DNA of 19,375 nt from Verrucomicrobiota bacterium. Lineage in GTDB: Bacteria; Verrucomicrobiota; Verrucomicrobiia; Limisphaerales; CANJSG01. The stretch is taken from assembly GCA_038209745.1 (NCBI GenBank), contig JBBQXJ010000088.1:1-19375 (forward strand), in the 5' to 3' direction. The position numbers were made by a program, and so were the translations under genes. How positions within the stretch are numbered: the first letter of the stretch is position 1; each line of letters opens with the position of its first letter. This document shows, piece by piece, positions 1 through 9,266 of this stretch. Under the pieces are notes generated by a model, which worked only from the letters and a program-made list of their open reading frames with translations, was not told the origin of the DNA and did not search any database.

Positions 1-193
1 AGCCAAAACCGACCTTCGCCTTCCACGCGACCTTGGGACCGTCGGCCGGCCAGTCGTGCGACCCACCGGATTCAGCGGTCACGCCGTTGTGCTCCGGACC
101 CCGCCACTGCAGCCAGTCACCGGCGCGAGCCGACGAGACCAAAGCGAGGATGGGAAGGAGGGCGGCACTCAGGATAATGGCGCGTTTATTCAT
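1..193 (-). CDS. PQQ-binding-like beta-propeller repeat protein, N-terminal part (runs off the window)
   Basis: Not in the ORF track. Manual translation from ATG at 193 gives MNKRAIILSAALLPILALVSSARA-GDWLQWRGPEHNGVTAES...DWPADGPKVAWKAKVGFG, a signal peptide followed by the DWxQWRGP motif typical of PVC PQQ-like propeller proteins. Confidence 0.85.
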   Translation of the reverse strand, partial: MNKRAIILSAALLPILALVSSARAGDWLQWRGPEHNGVTAESGGSHDWPADGPKVAWKAKVGFG

Positions 194-483
194 GGCGATG
201 GCCGAGAAGGAAGCACAGCTCCGCCCCGTCGGAAAGGAATCTCGTGATGTCCGATTCTCCGTTCTCCGCCCGCTGCCGCGCCCCCCGACGCGACGTTCGC
301 CAAATCTTCTTGGCCGGACTTTTCTTGGTCCATGAGATCCCGTGGCCTGCTCCTGCTTGGGCTGATCGCTGGCGCCTTCCACCCGCCCGAGCGTTTCCGA
401 TGGCTGGAGTTCGTGGACTGAGATTTGCGACCGAGACCGAGTGTTGCGGCTCGTCTTGGAAAGGGCTGGCGCTCGTGGCGGGA

Positions 484-2109
484 CTACTTCTCCTCTGGCT
501 TGGGCGAGAGGATCAGCAGTCGGCCGGGCGTGCCCATGCCGGCGGCGAGGGTGGTCGCGTGGCTGAACTCGGCGATGACCAGTCGGTGGCCCGGGAGCTT
601 GAACAGGTCGATGGGCCGGGCGAGGGGAGCCAGCACTTGGGTCGCGGTCGTGGTCATGGCTTTGAAGTCGGGCCGCATCTGCAGCAGATCGAAGCCGACA
701 TCCTTTTCGCGGGCGAGCAGGTTGCCGAAACGGGCGGTGACGAAGCTGCCGCCGAGGGGTGCCGGCCAGTCGGCTTCCAGCCAGACGATGCCCAACGGAC
801 ATGAATGCGGATCGAAGGTCGACAGGCCGCCGGTTCCACCGCCGCCGTCGGGGCCGATGTTGCGCAGCGGCTTGGTGATGACCAGACCGGGGGGCGTGGC
901 GGGCGTGTGCGGATAGGCGTTGGTGGTCCAGTCGGAGAACTGGAACGGGAAGCCGTAGTGGTGGCCTTGCTCGACCAGGTTCAGCTCTTCGGCGGCGTCG
1001 GCGTCGGGTCCGTTCTCGGTGGCGAGGAGGCGTCCAGCCGGGTCCCAGCAGAAGCAGTAGCTGTTGCGCAACCCACGGGCGAAGACTTCGACGGACGGCG
1101 TCTCCGACCCGGGGTCCAGTCGCCAGAGGCAGGCGGTGACGGGTTCTTCGCCGGTGGTGGCGTAGTTCGGCTGGGTGCCCGGTTCGCCGCCATCGGTCCG
1201 CGATCCGCTGTTCACATAGAGCATGCCGTCCGGCCCTTGGGCGATGTGCGAGACGCCGTGGTTGTAGGGTCCGACGCCGAACGAATAGTTCGTCCGCAGC
1301 CACGGCACGGGTTTGTCCCACGGATGGTCTTTGGACCAGCTGCCAGTGCGGAAGATCGTCACTTCGTCGCGGACCGGTCGGGTGTTCACGTTTTGCTGGT
1401 TGCTCACCGTGTAGAGGCGGCCACGCGTGTCCACGGTGAGGCCCGTGACGCCGGCGTCGCCGAGCGAGGCGTCGATATAGGACGCGCCGCCGAAGACGAG
1501 GGCCAAGGCGTTGTCGGCCGGATTCCAGGACCAGATGTCGCCGTTGACCGCGAGCACGAGGACGTGTTCCCCGTCCGGGTGCGCCGCCATCCGCGCGGGG
1601 GAGAAGCCCAGTTCCACGGCCACGCGCAGATCCCATCCGGGCGGCGGTGCGGGCAGGGGACTGCTGGCGAGGGCGGTGTTCAGGGCGGCGAAGTTTTTGT
1701 ATTTCGATGAGCCCCTGACTGCGGCGATCTCCGCGCGATCGGGCGCCTTGGCGGTGTTGCCCCACGATGAGAAAACATGGCTGAACACGGCGACGAGCTG
1801 GTCGTCGTCGAGCATGACCGGCGGCATCACGCCCTGGTAGGTGCGGCCATTGACCTGGATCTTGCCGGACAGTCCTTCGAGCGGGGCGAGCAGGGCTTTG
1901 TCGCGTTCATTGAGGATGAAGTCCGACCCGGCCAAGGGCGGGAAGGCACCAGGAATGCCGCCGCCTTCGTGGCCGTGGCAGAGCGCGCAGTGGCGTTGAT
2001 ACAGCTCGGCTCCCTCGGTGGCGGACCGTCCCGGAGTCACGGGAAGCAGGGACAGGAGCAGCGTTAGCAGTAAGCGGGAACCCGGAAGGCGGCGACGCGG
2101 TGTGCTCAT
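484..2109 (-). CDS. Secreted cytochrome c fused to a glucose/sorbosone dehydrogenase-like (PQQ-dependent sugar dehydrogenase) propeller
   Basis: Signal peptide; CALCH heme motif followed by FPPLAGS and a probable axial Met (GVMP); C-terminal HGVSHIAQGPDGMLYV, ARGLRNSY, ENGPD..EELN and HYGFP motifs. Confidence 0.85.
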   Translation of the reverse strand: MSTPRRRLPGSRLLLTLLLSLLPVTPGRSATEGAELYQRHCALCHGHEGGGIPGAFPPLAGSDFILNERDKALLAPLEGLSGKIQVNGRTYQGVMPPVMLDDDQLVAVFSHVFSSWGNTAKAPDRAEIAAVRGSSKYKNFAALNTALASSPLPAPPPGWDLRVAVELGFSPARMAAHPDGEHVLVLAVNGDIWSWNPADNALALVFGGASYIDASLGDAGVTGLTVDTRGRLYTVSNQQNVNTRPVRDEVTIFRTGSWSKDHPWDKPVPWLRTNYSFGVGPYNHGVSHIAQGPDGMLYVNSGSRTDGGEPGTQPNYATTGEEPVTACLWRLDPGSETPSVEVFARGLRNSYCFCWDPAGRLLATENGPDADAAEELNLVEQGHHYGFPFQFSDWTTNAYPHTPATPPGLVITKPLRNIGPDGGGGTGGLSTFDPHSCPLGIVWLEADWPAPLGGSFVTARFGNLLAREKDVGFDLLQMRPDFKAMTTTATQVLAPLARPIDLFKLPGHRLVIAEFSHATTLAAGMGTPGRLLILSPKPEEK

Positions 2110-2229
2110 TTAGATTGAGCACGGGCTTATGCTGGCTCCGCCCCAAAAGCCAGTCCCGTCTGGGCGTCCCGGATTCCCGCGTCGTCGATGCGCCGTGCGC
2201 CGGGTCGATCGAGCGCTGCTCCGACTTCG

Positions 2230-3549
2230 CTAGAGTTCTTCCAGCGCCTTGTCGGCGTCTCCGAACTTCGGCAGGCGCACGTCCATCTTGTCCATCATCG
2301 AGAGGTAGAGCCGGCACATCTGGCGCTCGGGCTTGTCCTTGTAGTCGAGGACCCGGCCGCCCTTGATCCGGCCGCCGCCGCCGCCGAGCAGCACGACCGG
2401 CAGCTGCGACGCATCGTGGTTCCCGTTCAGCATGGAGGAACAATACAGCAGCATCGTGTTGTCGAGCAGGGTGCGCGGACCTTCCTGGATGCCGTCCAGC
2501 TTGCGCGCGATGTAGGCGACCTGTTCGAGGAAGAACCGGTTCACCTTCAGCCAATCGGCCGTGTCGCTGTGCGAGAGCAGGTGATGGATCATGTAGTCCA
2601 CGCCGAGATTCGGGAAACGCAGGGAGCTGTGGTCGTTGTTCAGCTTGAGCGTGGTGATCCGGGTGGTGTCGGTCTGGAAACCGAGCACCAGTATGTCGCA
2701 CATCAGGCGCATGTGCTCGGCGATGTCCTGCGGGATGCCATCGGCGGGGCGCGGGTGCTGGCTCACGGCGACCTTTGCGTCGAGCGTCGGCCGCCAGCCC
2801 TGCAGTTCGCCCTTCTTGCCGGCGTTCGCGATGCGCTGCTCCACGTCGCGCACGGACTCCAGATATTCGTCGAGCTTCTGCTGGTCGTTGGAACTGACCC
2901 GGCGGCGGAGGTCCTTCGCGTCGGTCAGGACGGCGTCGAGCACGCTTTGGTCGCCCTTCCTGGCCGAGTCCTTGAACAACCGGTCGAACGCGAGCGCGGG
3001 ATAGATCTCCAGCGGCGTCGGCGTGGTCGGCGAGTTCCACGAGATGTGCGAGCTGTAGAGCATCGAGTAGTTCTTGTGGACCGACGGGTTCGACTTCTCG
3101 CAACCGAGCACGAGGCTCGGAACCTTGGTCGAGTGGCCGTAGCGCTGTGCCAGCAACTGGTCGACGCTGGTGCCGGAACGGATCTCGCCGCCGGACGCCA
3201 GCGGTGCGCCGGAGAGCAGGTTGCCGGTCTGGGAACTGTGGATGTTTCCCTTCTGCGCCTCCTCGTTGTAGAGGCCGCGAACGAACAGCATCTTCTCCCG
3301 GAAATCACCGAGCGGCGCGAGCACCTGGCCGAGCTCCATCTGCTTGCCCTCGCCCTTGGCCCACCATTCCTTCGAGTGGAAGCCATTGCCCGAAAACAGC
3401 ACCGCGAGCCGCACCGGCGCTTCGCTGGCCGGCTTGACCCCGATGGGCGGCGTGTCGCCCCAGACGGTGAGCGATTCCATCCAAGGCAGCGCCATCGTGA
3501 CGCCGAGGCCGCGGAGAAAGGTGCGGCGGGAGAAGTGGTGGGTGTTCAT
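2230..3549 (-). CDS. DUF1552 domain protein with a Tat-like signal
   Basis: Start set at the ATG at 3549: MNTHHFSRRTFLRGLGVTMALPWMES. Also SVDQLLA, SLVLGCE, ISW, LDEYLESVRDVEQRI and TLLDNTMLLY..NH motifs. Lies directly downstream of a DUF1592 gene, the usual pairing. Confidence 0.9.
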   Translation of the reverse strand: MNTHHFSRRTFLRGLGVTMALPWMESLTVWGDTPPIGVKPASEAPVRLAVLFSGNGFHSKEWWAKGEGKQMELGQVLAPLGDFREKMLFVRGLYNEEAQKGNIHSSQTGNLLSGAPLASGGEIRSGTSVDQLLAQRYGHSTKVPSLVLGCEKSNPSVHKNYSMLYSSHISWNSPTTPTPLEIYPALAFDRLFKDSARKGDQSVLDAVLTDAKDLRRRVSSNDQQKLDEYLESVRDVEQRIANAGKKGELQGWRPTLDAKVAVSQHPRPADGIPQDIAEHMRLMCDILVLGFQTDTTRITTLKLNNDHSSLRFPNLGVDYMIHHLLSHSDTADWLKVNRFFLEQVAYIARKLDGIQEGPRTLLDNTMLLYCSSMLNGNHDASQLPVVLLGGGGGRIKGGRVLDYKDKPERQMCRLYLSMMDKMDVRLPKFGDADKALEEL

Positions 3550-3580
3550 GGTCGGTTGGGTTTGGACGGCGTGGACTTGG

Positions 3581-6500
3581 TCAGTCTTCGGAAACCATCG
3601 CCTTCCCGCGGATCTCGCGGAACTGGCGGCTGCGGACAATGGTCTCAAAGGCGGCCGTGATGCGGTAGTCGTGGGATTTGAGCGCGTCGCCCATTGCGGA
3701 AACCAAAGGACCGTCGGAGAGCATCACCGCGCGGCCGAGCGAGTAGCCGAGCAGCTTGCGGCAGAATTGCTTCAGCACCACGTCGCGGCGCTTCGTGAGC
3801 AGATAGCCGCGCAGGCCTTCGAGGCCCTCGAACTCCGATCCATCCATCGCCTTGGCGTGCGTGTCGATCGGTCGGCCGCCGAGATCCTGTTCGCGCCGGC
3901 GACCGATGGCGTCGAACGCTTCGAGGGAAAATCCGTAGGCGTCGATGCGGCGATGGCAGACGAAGCACTTGGGATCGGAGCTGTGTTTCTCGGTGAGCTG
4001 GCGGACGGTCAACGTCTCGGTCGCTTCGTCCTCGGGCAGGCGCGGGACGTCCTTCGGTGGTCGGGGCAGCTTGTCGCCGAGGAAGACTTCGGCCACCCAG
4101 TTGCCGCGCAGGATCGGGCTGGTGCGGGAGGCGCCGGACTGTTTCGCGAGGGTTGCGCCGAGACCGAGAACTCCACCGCGACCATACTGTTTGATCCCGT
4201 CCACGCGCCGCCACTCGGACCCGGTGACTCCGGGGATGCCGTAGTGCGCCGCCAGCGCATCGTTCAGAAAGGTGTGGTCCGTGTCGAAGAGCGTCAGGAC
4301 GGACGCGTCGCTCTGGAACAGGTCCGCGAAGAAGCGGATCGCCTCTTCATACATCGCGCCGCGCAGGCCGTTGAAGGTCGGAAAGGTTCTCTCGCTCTTC
4401 TCGTCCAGCGACGCGAAGTCGTGGATGTGCAGCCACGCGCATCCGAACTCGGTCGCGAGCCGGCGCACGCGCGGATCGCCAAGCATGCGCCGGGTCTGCG
4501 CGGCGAGCACATCCGGATCGCGGAGTCGGCCGGACGCGGCCATGGCGCGCAGTTCGTCGTCGGGCGCCGAGGACCAGAGGAAATAGCTCAGGCGCGTCGC
4601 GAGTTCCCAATCGTTTACCGGCCCCGGCTTGTCGCCCGGCTGTGGCTCCTCGGTGCGGTAGAGAAACGCGGGCGAGACCAGGGTCCGCGCAAGGGCGAGG
4701 CGGATGGCCTGGTCGTGGGGAATCTCCTCGTCGCGCAGTTTGCCATACAGGGCGCGCAGCTCGTCTTTTTCCGCATCGATGAGCGGTCGGCGATAGGCGC
4801 CTTCGGCAAATTTCAAAACGGCTTCGAGGTGCGCCGGTTGGGTCTCCACGAGCCGTTTCCTGAACTCCTCCGCATGGCGTTTGATCGGCTCGCGCAACGG
4901 TTCGAAGGCGCTCGGATCGGCGTCCTGCGTGGCGAACTGCCAGAGCTGCTCGAAGCCGTCGACCAGCTTGAGCGGATCCTGGCTGACGAAGTGCAGCTCG
5001 GCCCAGAGCCGGTCGATCTCGGCGGATTGCGCGGCGTCCAGCATGAGGCGTTTCAGCGGTTCGTCCTCGCGGTAGTAGAGGGTCAGCGTCACGACTTCGT
5101 CGACGGGGACGATCTTCGTGTAGCACAAGGCGGCGGGGAACAACTGGCGGAACTCGTCGAAAGCGGCCTCGATCCGTTTCCGTGCGGTGCCGCCCTTCGC
5201 CACGATGATCGGCGAATCCGACACGGCCGGACGTTCGCCGTCGGACCAGGTGCTCTTGTTGCCCTGTTCCTTCACGGTGCCGGCCGCGAGGCGCAGGGAG
5301 TTCGGCTTCGTCGTGAGCACCTGCATCTGCACGCTGCCCTCGGAGCCGGTCCCCTGGTGCAGGGTCGCGGTGGTGACCAGCTCATAGCCCTCGGCAAACT
5401 CAGCGGGCAAACGCACCTCGATGACCGTCGGTGCCTGGACGCAGAGGCTCTTGGCTGCGACCGCCGCGCCCTGCGGATGCCGGCCGAACAGGGCTGGGTC
5501 AAGACCCCAGCTGGGTGCGGTTGAGTCGACGGGATTCGGGTTTTGGCGCGGTTCAACTGGAAGAGCCGCGCTTCGGTCGTGGGCCACGAACGAAGCCAAG
5601 AGAGGGCCGGTCGGGGAAGCGAGCTGGCGATAGAGCACTGCGTCCGGCGATTCGTGCGCGAGGCCGGCGCCACCACCGATCAACAGCGTTTGCAACGCTT
5701 CGGCGATTTGCGCTTTCTCTGCGGCATTGTTGCTCGATTGCCAGCGCGAGAGCAGCGAGCCGGCGGGCAGCACCGATTGAGGGCCGGAACCCTCGTCCGG
5801 TTCGCTGTAGAAATGCCATACGTCCGGATGGCCCAGACGGTCCGCGTGCGGGTTGCCCGCGAGGATGTCCGGTGAAACGTCCTGCGCGAGGTCCCAGGAT
5901 TGGGCGCCATCGGTGAGGCGGAGATCGACGGCGGTGAGGTCGCACGAGTGGTTGCCGTCGCGGGGGCCGACGACCACGGAAACCACGTCGCCGGGCTGCA
6001 CCGCGAGCGGCTCGAACGGGCCGAACTTCACCTCCGTCGCGTCCTGGGCCGTGCCGGCGGCGAGACGTTGCCGGGTGTTGCCGCGCCGCACTTCCAAGGA
6101 CCACTCCACCCCGTTGCCGCACTCCGTGTGCGCGTGTTGTACGAGGCCTTCGACCCGAAGCAAGGCGGCCACCGGACTGCGCCACCCGACGGCGACGCGC
6201 AGCTTGGGCGAGGGATGCACCGCCACGCTGTGCGGCTTCATGTTGCCCGGCACGCGCACGGGCTGATCGGACGAATTGGCGATGACGCTGAGCGCGTCGG
6301 CCCCGACCCAACCCTTGATGAAGTCGTAGGTTTGCGCGCGCTCCATCCGCTCCGTCAGGTGGGAATCGATCCGGGTTTCACCGGCGCCAAGGCCGAGACA
6401 CGCGAGCCAACCTGCCAACACCGCCGGCTCCACCTCGTGCTTTTGCGCCTGCTCTGCAACGGCGTTGGTGCCGGACGAGCCGTTGACCTCCGCTGCGGCG

Positions 6501-7798
6501 GCCAGGCACTGGGCGGCGCTCGCGAAGACCTGTTTGCGGTTTGCGGTCAAGGCGAGGGCGGCCGCGCGCACGTCGCGCAATGGAAGCTCCGGTCGGCCGG
6601 GAGCGACGAGGCGCGGATTCTCCCAGATCGCGAAGTCGCCCGCATTGCCATCCCCCGCGTCCGAGGTCGCCAGATACAACGTCGTTTCGGCGCCTTCCTT
6701 CGGAGTCGGAATCTTCAGCCGGATTTCCCGTGCTTCGGCGATGGGAGTCACCGGCTCCTGCCAGGCTGTCGGGCCGTCGCGCTTGCCGATGTGGCCGACC
6801 TGGGTGAAGCGCCACAACGCGTGTTGCCACTGGCCGATGGCCGTTACCAGAGCCGCGCCGCCACCGGGCTTCGCGCTGCGCCATTGCGCGCGGATCGGAT
6901 CCAGGAGAACGGACGGGTTCGTGCCGTTGAGCGCGGTCCAGAGGGTGCCCAGATACTTTGCGTTCAAACCCCGGTCCCCCGCCACGACCGCGGGGGACTT
7001 GCGTCCGGTCTTGATCAGGTCGCGCTCCGTGATGGTCGCCTCCAGATACGGCTCCAGGGGCAGGAGGCCGCCGTCCTTGGTGTCGAACTTGATGCCCTGC
7101 AGATTGACCGCCGTGCCGCCGCCGTTCTCGGTGAAGCGGGCGTAGAAGGCGCGGATGGCCGCAAGGCGTTCCTCCGTCCAGTCGCGCGGCGAAATGCTGG
7201 GCGAAAAGCGGATTCCGTCGGGCAGCAGGACCGCGTGGGCCGCGGCGTCCTTGGCGGCGTCGAGATACTTGGTCACGAGCGAGGGCGACATCACCAGCGA
7301 GTTGCCGACGTTCATGAAGCCTTCGCCGGACGCTGAATCACCGGGGAATTCCCTCGCGGGATCGAGCGACGCGACGCCCGTCAGATCGCGGAGGGTGTAG
7401 GTGTATTCCGCGTTGTCCAGCCGGCGCAGCACGACCGGCCCCGGATCTCCGGCATGCGCCTGCGCGAAGGTGTCCAGGACCGAATTCGCCCAGGTCGCCA
7501 GAGTGTCGAACTGTGCGGCGCTGGGCTGGGGCTTTTCGGCCGGCGGCATCTCACCGAGGAAAAGCTGGTCGACCACGGCCTGCCAGACCTTCGGCGCGGC
7601 AGAGACGTCGGACATCGAAGCGAACCGTTCCAGATCGAGGTCGCCCTTGTGCTTCTCGGTCGAGTGGCAGCCGAGGCAATACTCCTTCATCACTGGACGG
7701 ATCTCTTTGACGAAATCCGCCGCCGTTCCGGCAGAGGCCAGGACAAGGACCGAAACGATGAACGTAGGAAACGCCCGAAGTTGGGTTCGAGTGATCAT
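3581..7798 (-). CDS. Large DUF1592-family protein (planctomycete cytochrome c domain plus DUF1587/1595/1592/1588/1585) with a long central insertion
   Basis: Start set at the ATG at 7798 (MITRTQLRAF..., signal peptide). YCLGCH heme motif, LRRLDNAEYTYTLRDL, WELATRLSYFLWSSAPD, RTSPILRGNWV, CFVCHRRID and KLLGYSLGR motifs. Confidence 0.9.
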   Translation of the reverse strand: MITRTQLRAFPTFIVSVLVLASAGTAADFVKEIRPVMKEYCLGCHSTEKHKGDLDLERFASMSDVSAAPKVWQAVVDQLFLGEMPPAEKPQPSAAQFDTLATWANSVLDTFAQAHAGDPGPVVLRRLDNAEYTYTLRDLTGVASLDPAREFPGDSASGEGFMNVGNSLVMSPSLVTKYLDAAKDAAAHAVLLPDGIRFSPSISPRDWTEERLAAIRAFYARFTENGGGTAVNLQGIKFDTKDGGLLPLEPYLEATITERDLIKTGRKSPAVVAGDRGLNAKYLGTLWTALNGTNPSVLLDPIRAQWRSAKPGGGAALVTAIGQWQHALWRFTQVGHIGKRDGPTAWQEPVTPIAEAREIRLKIPTPKEGAETTLYLATSDAGDGNAGDFAIWENPRLVAPGRPELPLRDVRAAALALTANRKQVFASAAQCLAAAAEVNGSSGTNAVAEQAQKHEVEPAVLAGWLACLGLGAGETRIDSHLTERMERAQTYDFIKGWVGADALSVIANSSDQPVRVPGNMKPHSVAVHPSPKLRVAVGWRSPVAALLRVEGLVQHAHTECGNGVEWSLEVRRGNTRQRLAAGTAQDATEVKFGPFEPLAVQPGDVVSVVVGPRDGNHSCDLTAVDLRLTDGAQSWDLAQDVSPDILAGNPHADRLGHPDVWHFYSEPDEGSGPQSVLPAGSLLSRWQSSNNAAEKAQIAEALQTLLIGGGAGLAHESPDAVLYRQLASPTGPLLASFVAHDRSAALPVEPRQNPNPVDSTAPSWGLDPALFGRHPQGAAVAAKSLCVQAPTVIEVRLPAEFAEGYELVTTATLHQGTGSEGSVQMQVLTTKPNSLRLAAGTVKEQGNKSTWSDGERPAVSDSPIIVAKGGTARKRIEAAFDEFRQLFPAALCYTKIVPVDEVVTLTLYYREDEPLKRLMLDAAQSAEIDRLWAELHFVSQDPLKLVDGFEQLWQFATQDADPSAFEPLREPIKRHAEEFRKRLVETQPAHLEAVLKFAEGAYRRPLIDAEKDELRALYGKLRDEEIPHDQAIRLALARTLVSPAFLYRTEEPQPGDKPGPVNDWELATRLSYFLWSSAPDDELRAMAASGRLRDPDVLAAQTRRMLGDPRVRRLATEFGCAWLHIHDFASLDEKSERTFPTFNGLRGAMYEEAIRFFADLFQSDASVLTLFDTDHTFLNDALAAHYGIPGVTGSEWRRVDGIKQYGRGGVLGLGATLAKQSGASRTSPILRGNWVAEVFLGDKLPRPPKDVPRLPEDEATETLTVRQLTEKHSSDPKCFVCHRRIDAYGFSLEAFDAIGRRREQDLGGRPIDTHAKAMDGSEFEGLEGLRGYLLTKRRDVVLKQFCRKLLGYSLGRAVMLSDGPLVSAMGDALKSHDYRITAAFETIVRSRQFREIRGKAMVSED

Positions 7799-8217
7799 GC
7801 GGAGGTCAGTTGCCCGATCCACGCAGACCCGGAATGAAGGTGGGAAAGGTCGATGGCGCAGGGAATCCGAGAATTCGGCCGCGCGGCGGATTCCATTTTC
7901 AATGAGACGATCCGATGCATGAAAACTGGGGGCGAGACGGGAGGCTAAGGAGCGCTGGCCGGGTGGCCAAGAGCCATCTTGTCGGGGCCGAGGGGAAAAG
8001 GTGGGGTGTCGCCGCTCTGTTTGCGGTTGCCGGGTCGGGTCAGAATGTCGAAGGGATCGGAAAGAACCGCGCGAGCCGGGCCGCGTTCGCCCATGCGCAC
8101 GAGGTGCCGGGCCGGGGAACGATTGGAGAATTGAATCGACCGCGCGGGCAACGCGGCTCAAACCAAGGTCAGGATCTGAAGCCCGCCGGATTGGACCGGC
8201 CAAACCTCGACACTCAA

Positions 8218-9168
8218 TTGAGCCCGAAGCGGATCATCCTTGTGGCCGGAATTCTGGCGTGCGGCCTGTGCTTCGGCCAATTCCGTTCCCGTCCCGGCTC
8301 GGACAATCGCTTCGGCCCGTCCGACAATTTTGTCCGGATCGAAGGAGGCCAGGTCATCAACGAGGACGAGGTCCGCACCGCGCGGGAAACGGCCTCCCAC
8401 GCCACGGGCACCGCGAACTGGACGAATGCGCCGGGCTTCAACGGGGATTCGTTCGTCTTCGCCCGGGTCATCTTCAAGTCCGAGGCCGGGGTTTCACGGC
8501 GCGGCGGACTGCGCTGGCTGGGCTGGTGGGTGGACTACCCGGACGCAGATCTGAACCTCTCCTATCGACTGCAACAGATCACGTCGATCAAGACCGATCC
8601 CGATGGGCGGGTGCTGAAGCTGACCGACCCGGCCCTGACCGATTATCCGCTGCTCTACATGGAGCATGCGGGCTACATGCGGCTCAGCGACGGCGAGGTC
8701 GTCCTGCTGAGGAACTACCTGCTGAACGGCGGAGCCATGTTGGTGAACGACTTCTGGGGTGGGGAGGAATGGGACGGCTTTGCCCGCGAGATGAAGCGCG
8801 TTCTTCCGGGACAGACCTGGACCAATCTGACGACCGATCACCCGTTGTTCCACTGCGTCTTCGATCTCCGGGTTCCGATGAACCGCCTTCAAGTGCCCAC
8901 CCTTCAATTCTGGAATCCGGCGCACGATCCGGACGATCCGAACTCGCCGCCGCTCCAGGGGATCTACCGGGGCGAAGGTTCCGAGGAGATGCACGTCCGC
9001 GCCCTGTTGGACGACCAGCAGCGGATCTCCGTGCTGGCCATCCACAACAGCGACATCAGCGATGGCTGGGAACGGGAGGAACAGAACGAACAGTATTTCC
9101 GCATGTTCTCCGAAAAGGTGGCCTATCCGCTCGCCATCAACATCGTCGTCTACCTGATGACGCATTGA
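8218..9168 (+). CDS. DUF4159 domain protein
   Basis: WWVDYPDADLNLSYRLQQITS, YPLLYM, LRNYLLNGG..VNDFWG, HPLFH and NSDISDGWERE motifs. Start uncertain: TTG 8218 precedes a signal-like stretch, and TTG 8191 is also in frame. Confidence 0.85.
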   Translation: MSPKRIILVAGILACGLCFGQFRSRPGSDNRFGPSDNFVRIEGGQVINEDEVRTARETASHATGTANWTNAPGFNGDSFVFARVIFKSEAGVSRRGGLRWLGWWVDYPDADLNLSYRLQQITSIKTDPDGRVLKLTDPALTDYPLLYMEHAGYMRLSDGEVVLLRNYLLNGGAMLVNDFWGGEEWDGFAREMKRVLPGQTWTNLTTDHPLFHCVFDLRVPMNRLQVPTLQFWNPAHDPDDPNSPPLQGIYRGEGSEEMHVRALLDDQQRISVLAIHNSDISDGWEREEQNEQYFRMFSEKVAYPLAINIVVYLMTH

Positions 9169-9266
9169 GAGCGACCGAGGCTCGGTGAGTCCGCCGATCA
9201 TCAATTCGCCCACGGCCGCTTTCGCGGTGTTGTCATCGCCCGCCGCTTTGGCTAGACCTCACGGCC

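Noticed and set aside
332..421. 29-aa ORF MRSRGLLLLGLIAGAFHPPERFRWLEFVD
   Set aside because: Short, no clear RBS and no recognisable family; cannot be supported from sequence alone.
7799..8217. Overlapping N-terminal extensions of the divergent DUF1592 and DUF4159 ORFs
   Set aside because: Not protein-like; signal peptides begin at 7798 (-) and about 8218 (+), so this is probably a divergent promoter region.
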